DNA from: Candidatus Hydrogenedentota bacterium
Lineage (GTDB): Bacteria; Hydrogenedentota; Hydrogenedentia; Hydrogenedentales; SLHB01
Assembly: GCA_034408725.1 (NCBI GenBank)
Contig: JAWXCN010000033.1
Location: 1 to 31,267 of the forward strand
DNA: 31,267 nt
Direction of reading: 5' to 3'
Shown: piece by piece, positions 1 through 13,916 of the stretch
Layout: each line of letters begins with the position of its first letter
Numbering within the stretch: the first letter of the stretch is position 1
The notes under the pieces: model-generated
The model's input: the letters and a program-made list of their open reading frames with translations, nothing else
Told to the model about the DNA's origin: nothing
The model's database searches: none
Made by a program: the position numbers and the translations under genes

Positions 1-142
<142 letters not shown>

Positions 143-150
143 TCACTCGA

Positions 151-2244
151 CTACGTAAACCGGAACGTGCTTCCGGACTTTTCCATGATTTCGTTCGCAA
201 TGTTCGGCGGCATTGCTTCGTACTGCGCGAATTCCATGCTGTACGACGCGCGGCCCTGCGTGCGCGAACGAATATCGTTCGCGTATCCGAACATGTCGCC
301 CAACGGTACGAATGCGAAAATCTTCCGCGAAGTGCCTTGCTGCTCCATGCTCTCCATGCGCCCGCGGCGTCCGTTGAAATCGCTGATGACTTCACCGGTG
401 TACTCGTCGGGGCATACCACTTCGACCTTCATCACCGGTTCGAGAAGGACCGGGCGCGCCTTGGGCACTGCCGCCTTGACTGCCATCGAAGATGCTGTGT
501 TGAACGCCATTTCCGAGGAGTCAACTTCGTGATAGCTGCCGTCGAGCAGGCTTACTTTCACGTCGACCATCGGGTATCCGGCGACGATGCCGCTTTCGAG
601 GGCTTCGCGCGCGCCGCGCTCGATCGAGTTGATGTATTCTTTCGGTACCACGCCGCCCACGGTATCGTTCTCGAACACGAAACCTTTACCGGGTTCGGAG
701 GGCTCGACTTTCATAACCACGTCGCCGTACTGGCCGCGGCCACCACTCTGGCGGATGAATTTGCCGCGCGCTTCGGCCGCGATACGAATGGATTCGCGAT
801 ATGCCACCATCGGTTTGCCGACGTTGGCGTGAACATTGAATTCACGGCGCATGCGGTCGACGATAATGTCCAGGTGAAGTTCGCCCATGCCCGCGATAAT
901 CGTTTGGCCGGTCTCTTCATCCGACCGCACGCGAAAGGTCGGGTCTTCTTCGGAAAGTTTATTCAAAGCGTCGGACATTTTGTCCTGATCGGCTTTCGTC
1001 TTGGGTTCAATCGCGATATGCACCACCGGCGCGGGGAATGTCACGTTCATAAGGGCGACGGGTTGCTTGGGATCGCATAGCGTATCGCCGGTCGTCGTAT
1101 TTTTCGCGCCGATGACCGCGCCGATGTCGCCCGCGCGGAGTTCGGTCAGGTCGATGCGCTGATCCGCGTGCATCTCAAGCAGACGCCCGAGCCGCTCTTT
1201 GCGGCCCGTGCGCACGTTCAACACCATGTCGCCGGACTTGACGCAACCGCTGTATACGCGCACGAACGTCAGGCGGCCCACATGAGGATCGGTAAGAATC
1301 TTGAACGCAAGGCCCGCAAAGGGTTCTTCGTCGCCGGGTTTCCGCTCGATCTTGAGTTCTACTTTATCGGGATCGGTGCCAATGATCGTCCCCACGTCCA
1401 ACGGAGACGGCAGATAATCAATCGCCGCGTCAAGCAGCAGACGAACGCCTTTGTTGCGAAGCGCGGTGCCGCAGAGCACGAGGCAATGGTGGTTCGACAA
1501 CACGCCCTTGCGAAGCCCGGACATGATTTCTTCAGTCGTCAACGGCTCTTCGAGGATGTATTTTTCCATCAACGCTTCGTCGCATTCGGCCGCGGCGGCG
1601 ACACATTCGTGGTGGGCCGCTTTGGCTGCTTCTTCGAGTTCCGCGGGGATGGGGATGTCGTTCATCTGGGTCTGGCCGCTTTCCCCCACGAATTCAATGG
1701 CCGTCATGCGCACGACGTCGATCACGCCGCGGTACAGGTCTTCCTGGCCAATGGGAATCTGAATCGGCACGGCTTTCACGCCGAGCCGATCCACCATCGT
1801 CCCGATGGAGCGGACATAGTCCGCGCCGACACGGTCCATCTTGTTAATAAAGGCAATGCGCGGCACGCCGTATTTATTGGCTTGGCGCCAGACGGTTTCA
1901 GACTGGGGTTGCACGCCGGCGACCGCGCAGAACACCGCAACCGCGCCATCCAGCACGCGAAGGCTGCGCTCGACTTCGGCCGTGAAATCCACGTGACCCG
2001 GAGTATCGATAATGTTAATCCGGTGGTTCTTCCATTCGCAGGCCGTGGCCGCGGACGTAATCGTAATACCGCGCTCGCGCTCCTGTTCCATGTAGTCCAT
2101 GGTCGCCGTGCCTTCGTGTACCTCGCCAATCTTATGGGTACGGCCGGAGTAGAACAGGATTCGTTCAGTCACAGTCGTTTTGCCGGCGTCAATGTGGGCC
2201 ATGATGCCGATGTTGCGCGTTCGTTCTAATGGAAACTTTCGCAT
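151..2244 (-). CDS. fusA: Elongation factor G
   Basis: [40 protein letters not shown] motifs; 697 aa. Confidence 0.99.
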   Translation of the reverse strand: MRKFPLERTRNIGIMAHIDAGKTTVTERILFYSGRTHKIGEVHEGTATMDYMEQERERGITITSAATACEWKNHRINIIDTPGHVDFTAEVERSLRVLDGAVAVFCAVAGVQPQSETVWRQANKYGVPRIAFINKMDRVGADYVRSIGTMVDRLGVKAVPIQIPIGQEDLYRGVIDVVRMTAIEFVGESGQTQMNDIPIPAELEEAAKAAHHECVAAAAECDEALMEKYILEEPLTTEEIMSGLRKGVLSNHHCLVLCGTALRNKGVRLLLDAAIDYLPSPLDVGTIIGTDPDKVELKIERKPGDEEPFAGLAFKILTDPHVGRLTFVRVYSGCVKSGDMVLNVRTGRKERLGRLLEMHADQRIDLTELRAGDIGAVIGAKNTTTGDTLCDPKQPVALMNVTFPAPVVHIAIEPKTKADQDKMSDALNKLSEEDPTFRVRSDEETGQTIIAGMGELHLDIIVDRMRREFNVHANVGKPMVAYRESIRIAAEARGKFIRQSGGRGQYGDVVMKVEPSEPGKGFVFENDTVGGVVPKEYINSIERGAREALESGIVAGYPMVDVKVSLLDGSYHEVDSSEMAFNTASSMAVKAAVPKARPVLLEPVMKVEVVCPDEYTGEVISDFNGRRGRMESMEQQGTSRKIFAFVPLGDMFGYANDIRSRTQGRASYSMEFAQYEAMPPNIANEIMEKSGSTFRFT

Positions 2245-2502
2245 ACTTAACCTATGTCAATTCGCATTCGCGCGCATGCCCTGCCCAACAAACAGGCAAA
2301 GCCCTGCACCACAAAGGTGCACCCCGGCCCCAAGGCCGGAGCATTCATAAAACGCTCATCGTTTTGTTCGGGTCCGCGATAGCCGATGCCGGGTGACACC
2401 GTTGTCCGCGGACTCCTCCCGCGTTTCCGCACGCCCGGCGCGGAAACGCCATTTTCCCCTGCTTCCGTTTTAGGAAGTGGCCCGCAAGGGGTCGGGCCGA
2501 AG

Positions 2503-2976
2503 TTAGTACCGGAGATGCGCGAAGGCTTTGTTCGCCTCGGCCATCTTATGGGTATCTTCCCGCTTCTTAATGGTGTTGCCCGTCTTGTTAAAACAATCGA
2601 GCAACTCCCCGGCCAGACGGTCCGACATCGATTTCTCGCCACGTTTGCGCGAGTAGTCAATGATCCACCGGAACGCCAATGCCGTGCGGGTGGCCGGTGC
2701 AATTTCCACCGGTACCTGGTACGTTGCGCCGCCTACGCGACGCGACTTCACTTGCAATATCGGTTTCGCATTTTCAATCGCCGTATCGAAAATGCGGATC
2801 GTATCCTCTTTCGGGAACCGGTTCTTGATCAGCTCCAGCGCCCCGTACACAATCGATTCCGCCGTGCTCTTCTTTCCGTCCACCATCACGGTGTTCACGA
2901 AACGGGCAAGCGTCAAGCTCTTGTATACCGGATCCGGAAGCGGCTGCCGCTTCGGAACTTCACGACGACGTGGCAT
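2503..2976 (-). CDS. rpsG: 30S ribosomal protein S7
   Basis: [38 protein letters not shown]. Confidence 0.99.
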   Translation of the reverse strand: MPRRREVPKRQPLPDPVYKSLTLARFVNTVMVDGKKSTAESIVYGALELIKNRFPKEDTIRIFDTAIENAKPILQVKSRRVGGATYQVPVEIAPATRTALAFRWIIDYSRKRGEKSMSDRLAGELLDCFNKTGNTIKKREDTHKMAEANKAFAHLRY

Positions 2977-2999
2977 CTCTCAATAGGCTCCTTGCTGTC

Positions 3000-3425
3000 C
3001 TAGCTGGTCTTCGGCTTCTTGACGCCGTACTTCGAACGGCTCACCCACCGTCCAGTATGAATTTTCTTGCCACCGTCGTCTTTCACGCCGGCCGTCCCGC
3101 CGCAGTCGCCAGTTGCATCCAGCACGCCACGGATCAGGTGGTAGCGGACGCCCGGCAGGTCCTTGACACGGCCGCCACGGATCATCACCTGCGAGTGTTC
3201 CTGCAAATTGTGGCCCACGCCGGGGATATAAACCGTCACTTCCATGCCGTTCTTCAAGCGAACTCGGGCCACTTTCCGCAGCGCCGAGTTGGGCTTCTTC
3301 GGAGTCATTGTCCAGACGCGCGTGCAGGTGCCCGATGCCTGGGGGCACGCCTTCAGCGCGGGCGACTTAGTCTTCGTCGTCCGGGCCTTCCGGGCATTGC
3401 GCATCAATTGATTAATCGTCGGCAA
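3000..3425 (-). CDS. rpsL: 30S ribosomal protein S12 (TTG start, C-terminal expansion)
   Basis: [42 protein letters not shown] upstream. Confidence 0.98.
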   Translation of the reverse strand: MPTINQLMRNARKARTTKTKSPALKACPQASGTCTRVWTMTPKKPNSALRKVARVRLKNGMEVTVYIPGVGHNLQEHSQVMIRGGRVKDLPGVRYHLIRGVLDATGDCGGTAGVKDDGGKKIHTGRWVSRSKYGVKKPKTS

Positions 3426-3497
3426 CAGTTATCTCCTAAAAACCCTGTACTTCGCACCCTTCAGGCAGAGTATTCCCCCTGCACACAACGGCCCACT

Positions 3498-3526
3498 AGC
3501 TTATCATAGGAAAATGGGCATGTCAA
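3498..3526 (-). promoter_or_regulatory. sigma70-type promoter of the str operon
   Basis: Minus strand TTGACA (3526-3521), 17-nt spacer, TAAGCT (3503-3498), preceded by extended -10 TG. Confidence 0.8.
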
Positions 3527-3721
3527 GCCACGACATGGCAACAGCGGCATCCCGAGCAATCCCCCTCAATACGAGAGGTGACGCGCAGTCGGCTAGGATA
3601 GCAAATGGTCGGGGCGGAAAGCGAGAAACAAGGCGGGGTCAATCTAAATGAGGGTCGAAAGCCCGCTTTCGGCGGGGGTGCGAAACCTACCCCAGAGGCG
3701 GACGTCTAAGGCTAGATACCG

Positions 3722-4237
3722 TTACCTATTCGTGACCTGGTCCGAAGCTCTGAACCTCAACAAGTCAACAATTAGCCACGCCGCGGGAATCATGAGCGCA
3801 CAACCAATCAATGTCGCCGTGAGCTCCGTATACATTTTCATGTCATTCGAAACCGTGAGAAGAATATAAAAGGCTACCATCGCCGCGGCCATCACAATGA
3901 ACGGTACGCTTACGATAATCATCCAATAGTCCGCATGCGCGCCTTCCCGGTAGTCCTTTAGTTTTTGCTCATGATATAAGGCGGCGAGCACGAATAGATC
4001 TTCTACAATAAAGCCTGCGACAGCGACACCGAGTAATACGTTTATAATCATCAGGCTTCCAATATGTGCGGTGACGCTACTACGCCCGAGTATCGCGACC
4101 ATTCCACAAATTAGAAACACTCCCGCGCGCACCGCCCGAAATTGCAGCCCGTCGGACCAGTACACCAGACTAAACCAATAACGCACTCTCCAGAATTGTT
4201 GTCGTAGCGCGTGAAAAGGTATAAAGATAGTTTTCAT
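3722..4237 (-). CDS. Hypothetical membrane protein (~4 hydrophobic segments)
   Basis: 171-aa ATG ORF with long hydrophobic runs; no family recognised; AT-richer than flanks. Confidence 0.65.
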   Translation of the reverse strand: MKTIFIPFHALRQQFWRVRYWFSLVYWSDGLQFRAVRAGVFLICGMVAILGRSSVTAHIGSLMIINVLLGVAVAGFIVEDLFVLAALYHEQKLKDYREGAHADYWMIIVSVPFIVMAAAMVAFYILLTVSNDMKMYTELTATLIGCALMIPAAWLIVDLLRFRASDQVTNR

Positions 4238-4249
4238 TGTGAAGAATAA

Positions 4250-4708
4250 TTAGGATGCCTGTTTTTGAACAGCGGAATCCTTGCGCCACCTTTCCGTGGA
4301 CTTTGCAAAGAATTCATTGGAAACTGGGAGAAAACACAGCACAAGTGCTGGAATACCAAAAACCATCGTCGGCCAATAGTCGCTAAATAAAGCCATTGCC
4401 ATACCCCAGGATGCAACCTCAAGAATCCCTATATCGGCAACCGCGAGCATTATGATTGGTAGACCGAAAGGGGCACCAACCAACAGCGCGCTAAGAAACC
4501 GGAACCTGTTGAAACCGAGCCAAATATAGGGAGCAATTACCAACGGAAGCACCAGGAAAATTATCCAGATGAGTTCACCCTCTACGTTTTCGGTCCAAAG
4601 GTAAAAAACGTAGTTGGAAACTGACGCGACGCCCCAAGCTACGCACAGGATCGTAGCAATCAATATCGGTCGCGGCCTGACAGGAACTTGAGGTTCCGCA
4701 ATATCCAT
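4250..4708 (-). CDS. Hypothetical membrane protein (~4-5 hydrophobic segments)
   Basis: 152-aa ATG ORF with GGAG SD; hydrophobic; 12 nt upstream of the next ORF. Confidence 0.7.
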   Translation of the reverse strand: MDIAEPQVPVRPRPILIATILCVAWGVASVSNYVFYLWTENVEGELIWIIFLVLPLVIAPYIWLGFNRFRFLSALLVGAPFGLPIIMLAVADIGILEVASWGMAMALFSDYWPTMVFGIPALVLCFLPVSNEFFAKSTERWRKDSAVQKQAS

Positions 4709-4782
4709 TCGGAGACTCCATGGCGGTCTAATTTGCAGCTTTAGTCTCTATTAAATAAAGTCGCCTGTCAAAACAACGTCTA

Positions 4783-4811
4783 TTAACAAAGTGTAGCCGT
4801 TCGGCTAGCGT
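4783..4811 (+). promoter_or_regulatory. TA operon promoter with palindromic operator
   Basis: TTAACA (4783-4788), 17-nt spacer, TAGCGT (4806-4811); inverted repeat TAGCCG-TT-CGGCTA at 4794-4807 overlaps spacer and -10. Confidence 0.6.
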
Positions 4812-4820
4812 TGGCTTGTT

Positions 4821-5114
4821 ATGGAAATTCGCAAGACCACGGATTTTGGGGAGTGGCTCGATAACCTAACTGACTTACACGCGAGGGCGCGCGTTCAGGC
4901 AAGAATCGAACGGCTTGCTGGTGGGAACCCCGGTGATGTCAGACCAGTAGGCGAAGGTGTTTCGGAGTTGCGAATTGATTCCGGTCCCGGGTATCGGGTT
5001 TATTTCACAAAGCAGCGTAACACGCTGTTGATTCTGTTGGCTGGTGGAACGAAGAGTATCCAAGACAAGGACATCAAGAGCGCCTTGCGCCTTGCAAGAA
5101 ACCTTTCGGAGTAG
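4821..5114 (+). CDS. Type II toxin, RelE/ParE superfamily, addiction module killer (HI1419-like)
   Basis: ARIERLAGGNPGDVRPVGEGVSELRIDSGPGYRVYF..ILLAGGTKSIQDKDI. Confidence 0.92.
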   Translation: MEIRKTTDFGEWLDNLTDLHARARVQARIERLAGGNPGDVRPVGEGVSELRIDSGPGYRVYFTKQRNTLLILLAGGTKSIQDKDIKSALRLARNLSE

Positions 5115-5118
5115 CATC

Positions 5119-5424
5119 ATGGGCAAAACTATTACCACTCGTTATGACGTGGCCGAACACCTTCGGACCCCGGCGGAAATGGCCGCCTATCTTCAAGCGT
5201 GCATTGAAGAAGCCGATGGGAACGCTGCGTTCATCGCCAAAGCACTTGGGGATATTGCCCGCGCCAAAGGCATGTCTCAAGTGGCTCGTGATGCAGGGCT
5301 ATCTCGTGAAAGCCTGTACCGGGCGCTTTCGGGAGAGCACAGCCCAAATTTCGATACCATCCTGAAGGTGATCAGGGCGCTGGGCCTGGAGTTGCATGCA
5401 GAGGCTCCGCAAGTTCCAACGTAG
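5119..5424 (+). CDS. Addiction module antidote, Cro/Xre HTH (HI1420-like)
   Basis: YDVAEHLRTPAEMAAYL..ALGDIARAKGMSQVARDAGLSRESLYRALS; ATG at 5119, 4 nt after toxin stop. Confidence 0.92.
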   Translation: MGKTITTRYDVAEHLRTPAEMAAYLQACIEEADGNAAFIAKALGDIARAKGMSQVARDAGLSRESLYRALSGEHSPNFDTILKVIRALGLELHAEAPQVPT

Positions 5425-5464
5425 GCACGCCTCAAATGCCACCCCTGAAGTGATTGACGCCCAA

Positions 5465-5500
5465 TAAAAAAACGGCCACCGCGCTTACGCAGTGGCCGTT
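5465..5500 (-). terminator. Intrinsic terminator of rpoBC
   Basis: Minus strand ACGGCCACTGCG-TAAG-CGCGGTGGCCGT followed by a T run, 25 nt after the rpoC stop. Confidence 0.88.
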
Positions 5501-5525
5501 CAAACTTCGGTTACTATCCGGCGCT

Positions 5526-8500
5526 TTACGGCAACAAATCGTCCATCGTCTCGATGACCGCGGGCCCGACTTCGAGGTCTTCGGCGAAGTCCACCTTGTC
5601 TTCCACCACGTCGATGTAGGTGTTCTGATAGTGGCGGCTTCCCGTTCCCGCGGGGATGAGATGGCCGATGATCACGTTCTCTTTCAGTCCGCGCAGGAAG
5701 TCGCGCTTACCGGACAACGCCGCATCCGTGAGGACGCGGGTGGTCTGCTGGAACGACGCGGCCGCGATGAAGCTTTCCGTGCTGAGCGCCGCCTTCGTGA
5801 TTCCCTGAAGGATGGGCTCGGCTTCTGCCGGACGTCCGCCCTTCTGGCGCGTCTGTTCGTTGATGTCCTGGAAGCGGATTTTCTCGACTTCTTCCGCTGC
5901 AAGGAACGGCGTGTCGCCCGGATCGTCCTTGATCCGCACCTTGCGCAGCATCTGCCGGATAATGACCTCGATGTGCTTGTCGTTCGTGCGCACACCCTGT
6001 AGACGGTACACCTGCTGGATTTCGTCGAGCAGGTATTTGCGCAGCGCGTCTTCACCCTGCACTTCGAGGATGTCGTTCGGAATTACGGGGCCGTCCGTCA
6101 ACCGCTGGCCCGCGTACACCCGGTCGCCTGCCTGCACGTTCAAATGCTTGCCGGGCGGAATCGTGTATTCGCGCTCTTTGCCAATCGGCGGGACCACCTT
6201 GACCTTGCGCATCCCCTTCGTGGCGCCGCCCAACTCCACCAGACCATCGATATGACTGATGACCGCCGGGTCTTTCGGCATGCGCGCTTCAAACAGTTCC
6301 GCGACGCGCGGAAGACCACCGGTGATGTCCTTGGTCTTGCTGAACTGTCGTGGGGTCTTCGCAAGCATGTCGCCGGCGAGCACCTTGTCTCCATTGCCCA
6401 CCATGACGTGCGTCTGCGCGGGCACGGTGGCGTACGCGAGCACTTCGCCCTGCTTGCCGAGGATCGTGATCTGCGGATGCAGGTCCTGTTTGTGCTCAGT
6501 CACCACGCGCTCTTCGATACCCGTGTCCGGGTTGATGTCCTTGCGGACCGTCACGCCTTCGACCATCCCTTCCAGATGCACGGTGCCGGTCTGTTCGGCG
6601 ACGATGGCGACGTTGTACGGGTCCCACGTGAAGATGACCTGGCCCTTGCGCACTTTCTGTCCGACTTCGACGAGCAGGTTCGCGCCGGGCGGCACTCCCC
6701 ACCGTTGCAATTCCTTCTCTTCGGCGTCTACAACCGCCATTTCACCGCCGCGGTTCACCGCGACCAGCTTGTCTTCGCGGTTCTGCGCAGTGCGCACGTT
6801 GCGATATTGCAAGGTGCCTGAATCGATCGCCTTGATCTCGCTCGCTTCAACCTGCCGGCTCGCCGCGCCGCCGATGTGGAACGTCCGCATCGTGAGCTGC
6901 GTGCCGGGTTCACCGATGGACTGCGCGGCAATGATGCCGACCGCTTCTCCGAGTTCGACGAGCTTGTTCGTGGCGAGGTTGGTGCCATAGCAAAGCTGGC
7001 ACACGCCGCGCTTGGACTGGCAAGTGAGCACCGAGCGAATCTTAACGCCCGGCAATCCCTTCGCCACGATAATCGCCGCTATCTCTTCGGTGATGTCTTC
7101 GTTCGCGCGAACGATCGGCTCGCTTTCGCCCGGCACGATGATGTCATCAAGACCGTGGCGGCCAATGATGCGATCCTCGAGCGGCTGCACGGTTTCTGTG
7201 CCGTCCATCAACGCCTCGACCCAGATTCCGTTCAGCGTGCCACAATCGATTTCCTCGATCACCACGTCCTGCGCCACGTCAACCAGACGGCGCGTGAGGT
7301 ACCCGGCGTCCGCGGTCTTGAGCGCGGTGTCCGCGAGACCTTTGCGCGCGCCATGCGAGGAAATGAAGTATTCGAGCACCGTGAGGCCTTCGCGGAAGTT
7401 GGACGTGATCGGCGATTCGATAATGTCGCCGCTCGGCTTTGCCATCAATCCGCGCATTGCCGCCAACTGGCGAATCTGCTGTTTCGTACCGCGGGCGCCC
7501 GAGGTCAGCATCAGGTAGATGCCGGTAAAGCCCTGGTCATTTTCCGCCATGGCCTTCATCATCGCCGACGACACGGATTCCGTTGTCGTCGTCCATTGGT
7601 CGATGACCTTGTTGTAGCGCTCGCCTTCGGTGATAAGACCGTTCTGATACATTTCGTCGATACGCGCAACTTCATGTTTGGCGTTGTCGATGAGCTGTTT
7701 CTTCTCGACCGGCACCAGCATGTCCACGACACCGACGGAGATGCCGCCCAGAGTCGCGTGCTTGAACCCGACGCGTTTGAGCAGATCAAGCAGTTCCACG
7801 GTCTTCGAGTGGCCGTGCATGATGTACGCATTCGCAATGACGTCGCCGATGGACGTCTTGTCCTGTTCGCGGTTCACATCGTTAAGCGTAATTTCGGGCG
7901 GCAACGCTTCCTTGAGCATGACGCGGCCAACCGTTGAATCGACAATCTCGCCGCCGGTCCACACCTTGACGTGCGCGTGCAGATCGACCATGTCCATTTC
8001 GTACGCGAGCACAACGGACGCCGTGTCGCGGAATACGCGGCCCGGCTCAATGATTTTTCCGTCCTTGCTCCACTCAGGCTTCCACGCGCCCTTCGCATCT
8101 TTGCGAAGTTTGGTCATATACGAAATGCCCAGAACGATGTCCTGGCTGGGCGTCACAATGGGCCGGCCGTTTGACGGCGAGAAAATATTCGTCGAAGACA
8201 GCATCAGCAGGCGCGCTTCCAACTGCGCGCCCGGCATCAACGGCACGTGTACGGCCATCTGATCGCCGTCGAAGTCCGCGTTGAACGCCGCGCACACCAG
8301 CGGGTGTATGCGAATCGCCTTGCCTTCAATCAGTACCGGCTCGAATGCCTGGATGCCCAAACGGTGCAGCGTAGGCGCGCGGTTCAGCATGACGGGATGG
8401 TCCTTGATCACTTCCTCAAGGATGTCCCACACCTCTTCGCGGCCCTGCGCAATGATCTTTTTCGCGGCTTTAATCGTGGACGCAATGCCGCGTTCTTTCA

Positions 8501-9638
8501 GTTCGCGAATAATGAACGGCTCGAACAGTTCGAGCGCCATCTTCTTCGGCAGACCGCACTGGTGCAGTTTCAATTCAGGGCCCACGACAATCACCGAACG
8601 GCCCGAATAGTCTACGCGCTTGCCCAGCAGGTTCTGGCGGAACCGGCCCTGCTTGCCCTTGAGCATGTCGCTCAGCGATTTCAGCGGCCGGTTGCCCGCG
8701 CCCAGCACGGTGCGGCCATGGCGGCCGTTGTCGAACAGCGCGTCCACTGCTTCCTGCAACATGCGCTTTTCGTTGCGCAGAATCACTTCCGGCGCGCGCA
8801 ATTCGATCAACCGCTTCAACCGGTTGTTGCGGTTGATCACGCGGCGATACAGATCGTTCAGATCGCTCGTCGCATAGCGGCCACCCTCGAGCGGCACCAG
8901 CGGACGCAGGTCCGGCGGAATCACGGGGACAACGTCGAGCACCATCCATTGCGCGCTATTGCCCGATTTGCGGATCGCCTCGACCACCTTCAAGCGTTTG
9001 ATCGCTTTCGCGCGCGCCTGCATGCTTGTTGTCGTCGAGACCTGCGTGTGCAGTTCCGCGCTCAGTTGTTCGATGTCGATTTCTTCCAGAAGCATCTTGA
9101 TCGCTTCCGCGCCCATCTTGGCGACAAAACGATCGGCGAACTGTTCGCGGGCGTCCTGGAATTCGTCTTCCGTGAGTGTCTGCATTTTGGACAGGCTGGT
9201 GTCGCCCGCATCCACGACGACGTAGTTCTCGAAATAGATAATGCGTTCGAGCACGCGGATCGACAGGTCGAGCAGGTTGCCGATGCTCGACGGCGTCGTT
9301 TTGAAAAACCAGATGTGCGTGACGGGGACCGCCAGCTTGATGCAGCCCATGCGCTCGCGGCGCACCTTGGATTCGGTCACCTCGACGCCGCAGCGATCGC
9401 ACACGATGCCGCGGTGCTTGACCTTCTTATATTTGCCGCACGCGCATTCCCAGTCTTTCACCGGACCAAAGATGCGCTCGCAGAACAAGCCGTCTTTTTC
9501 CGGCTTGAACGTGCGGTAGTTGATGGTTTCCGGCTTTTTAACTTCGCCGCGAGACCATTTCAAAATGTCTTCGGGCGAAGCCAGCCGAATCTGGATAGCG
9601 TCAAAACGGTCGCCGGTTGTCGCGATAAACTTGGACAA
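5526..9638 (-). CDS. rpoC: RNA polymerase beta' subunit (TTG start)
   Basis: NADFDGD catalytic motif, Zn-finger [31 protein letters not shown]. Confidence 0.99.
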   Translation of the reverse strand: MSKFIATTGDRFDAIQIRLASPEDILKWSRGEVKKPETINYRTFKPEKDGLFCERIFGPVKDWECACGKYKKVKHRGIVCDRCGVEVTESKVRRERMGCIKLAVPVTHIWFFKTTPSSIGNLLDLSIRVLERIIYFENYVVVDAGDTSLSKMQTLTEDEFQDAREQFADRFVAKMGAEAIKMLLEEIDIEQLSAELHTQVSTTTSMQARAKAIKRLKVVEAIRKSGNSAQWMVLDVVPVIPPDLRPLVPLEGGRYATSDLNDLYRRVINRNNRLKRLIELRAPEVILRNEKRMLQEAVDALFDNGRHGRTVLGAGNRPLKSLSDMLKGKQGRFRQNLLGKRVDYSGRSVIVVGPELKLHQCGLPKKMALELFEPFIIRELKERGIASTIKAAKKIIAQGREEVWDILEEVIKDHPVMLNRAPTLHRLGIQAFEPVLIEGKAIRIHPLVCAAFNADFDGDQMAVHVPLMPGAQLEARLLMLSSTNIFSPSNGRPIVTPSQDIVLGISYMTKLRKDAKGAWKPEWSKDGKIIEPGRVFRDTASVVLAYEMDMVDLHAHVKVWTGGEIVDSTVGRVMLKEALPPEITLNDVNREQDKTSIGDVIANAYIMHGHSKTVELLDLLKRVGFKHATLGGISVGVVDMLVPVEKKQLIDNAKHEVARIDEMYQNGLITEGERYNKVIDQWTTTTESVSSAMMKAMAENDQGFTGIYLMLTSGARGTKQQIRQLAAMRGLMAKPSGDIIESPITSNFREGLTVLEYFISSHGARKGLADTALKTADAGYLTRRLVDVAQDVVIEEIDCGTLNGIWVEALMDGTETVQPLEDRIIGRHGLDDIIVPGESEPIVRANEDITEEIAAIIVAKGLPGVKIRSVLTCQSKRGVCQLCYGTNLATNKLVELGEAVGIIAAQSIGEPGTQLTMRTFHIGGAASRQVEASEIKAIDSGTLQYRNVRTAQNREDKLVAVNRGGEMAVVDAEEKELQRWGVPPGANLLVEVGQKVRKGQVIFTWDPYNVAIVAEQTGTVHLEGMVEGVTVRKDINPDTGIEERVVTEHKQDLHPQITILGKQGEVLAYATVPAQTHVMVGNGDKVLAGDMLAKTPRQFSKTKDITGGLPRVAELFEARMPKDPAVISHIDGLVELGGATKGMRKVKVVPPIGKEREYTIPPGKHLNVQAGDRVYAGQRLTDGPVIPNDILEVQGEDALRKYLLDEIQQVYRLQGVRTNDKHIEVIIRQMLRKVRIKDDPGDTPFLAAEEVEKIRFQDINEQTRQKGGRPAEAEPILQGITKAALSTESFIAAASFQQTTRVLTDAALSGKRDFLRGLKENVIIGHLIPAGTGSRHYQNTYIDVVEDKVDFAEDLEVGPAVIETMDDLLP

Positions 9639-9641
9639 GCA

Positions 9642-13511
<3,870 letters not shown>

Positions 13512-13757
13512 GCGATTGACCCTCTGGTTACCAATCTCTATGATCTATGAAAAATGACGCCGATAGACGCCACATTCATTCACGTATAAACAAAGAAAAA
13601 ACGGCTTCGATCACTTCCGAAGTTGGCACGATTCGCCCCGCGCAAGCGAATTCGCCTTGATCTGTTGGAGTAGGCCCGGCACAGCCAAAGACACCTCGAC
13701 CGCCGTGGTCTGATAAACGCTTCGGACATACTTCTCCCGCTAGAAGCACAAACAAGA

Positions 13758-13786
13758 AACATACCATCCCGGATCGCTATTGTCAA
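13758..13786 (-). promoter_or_regulatory. sigma70-type promoter of rpoBC
   Basis: Minus strand TTGACA (13786-13781), 17-nt spacer, TATGTT (13763-13758), with extended -10 TG. Confidence 0.75.
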
Positions 13787-13916
13787 GCAACCCTCACGCC
13801 AAATTATGACACCCTCAACAAATTCCTCTACTCCGATGGACGCAAGACGGATTCTATGCGAAATATGTAAAAAATATCTGCGACGACAACAAATTCCTAT
13901 CGCGCTGCTGAGTTCT

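Noticed and set aside
2247..2702. 151-aa minus-strand ORF spanning the rpsG-fusA spacer
   Set aside because: It overlaps rpsG out of frame and has no recognisable composition or family
3600..4820. Integron cassette array (short AT-richer ORFs plus an inverted TA pair)
   Set aside because: No intI and no convincing RYYYAAC...GTTRRRY attC pairs; only 12 nt separate the two membrane genes
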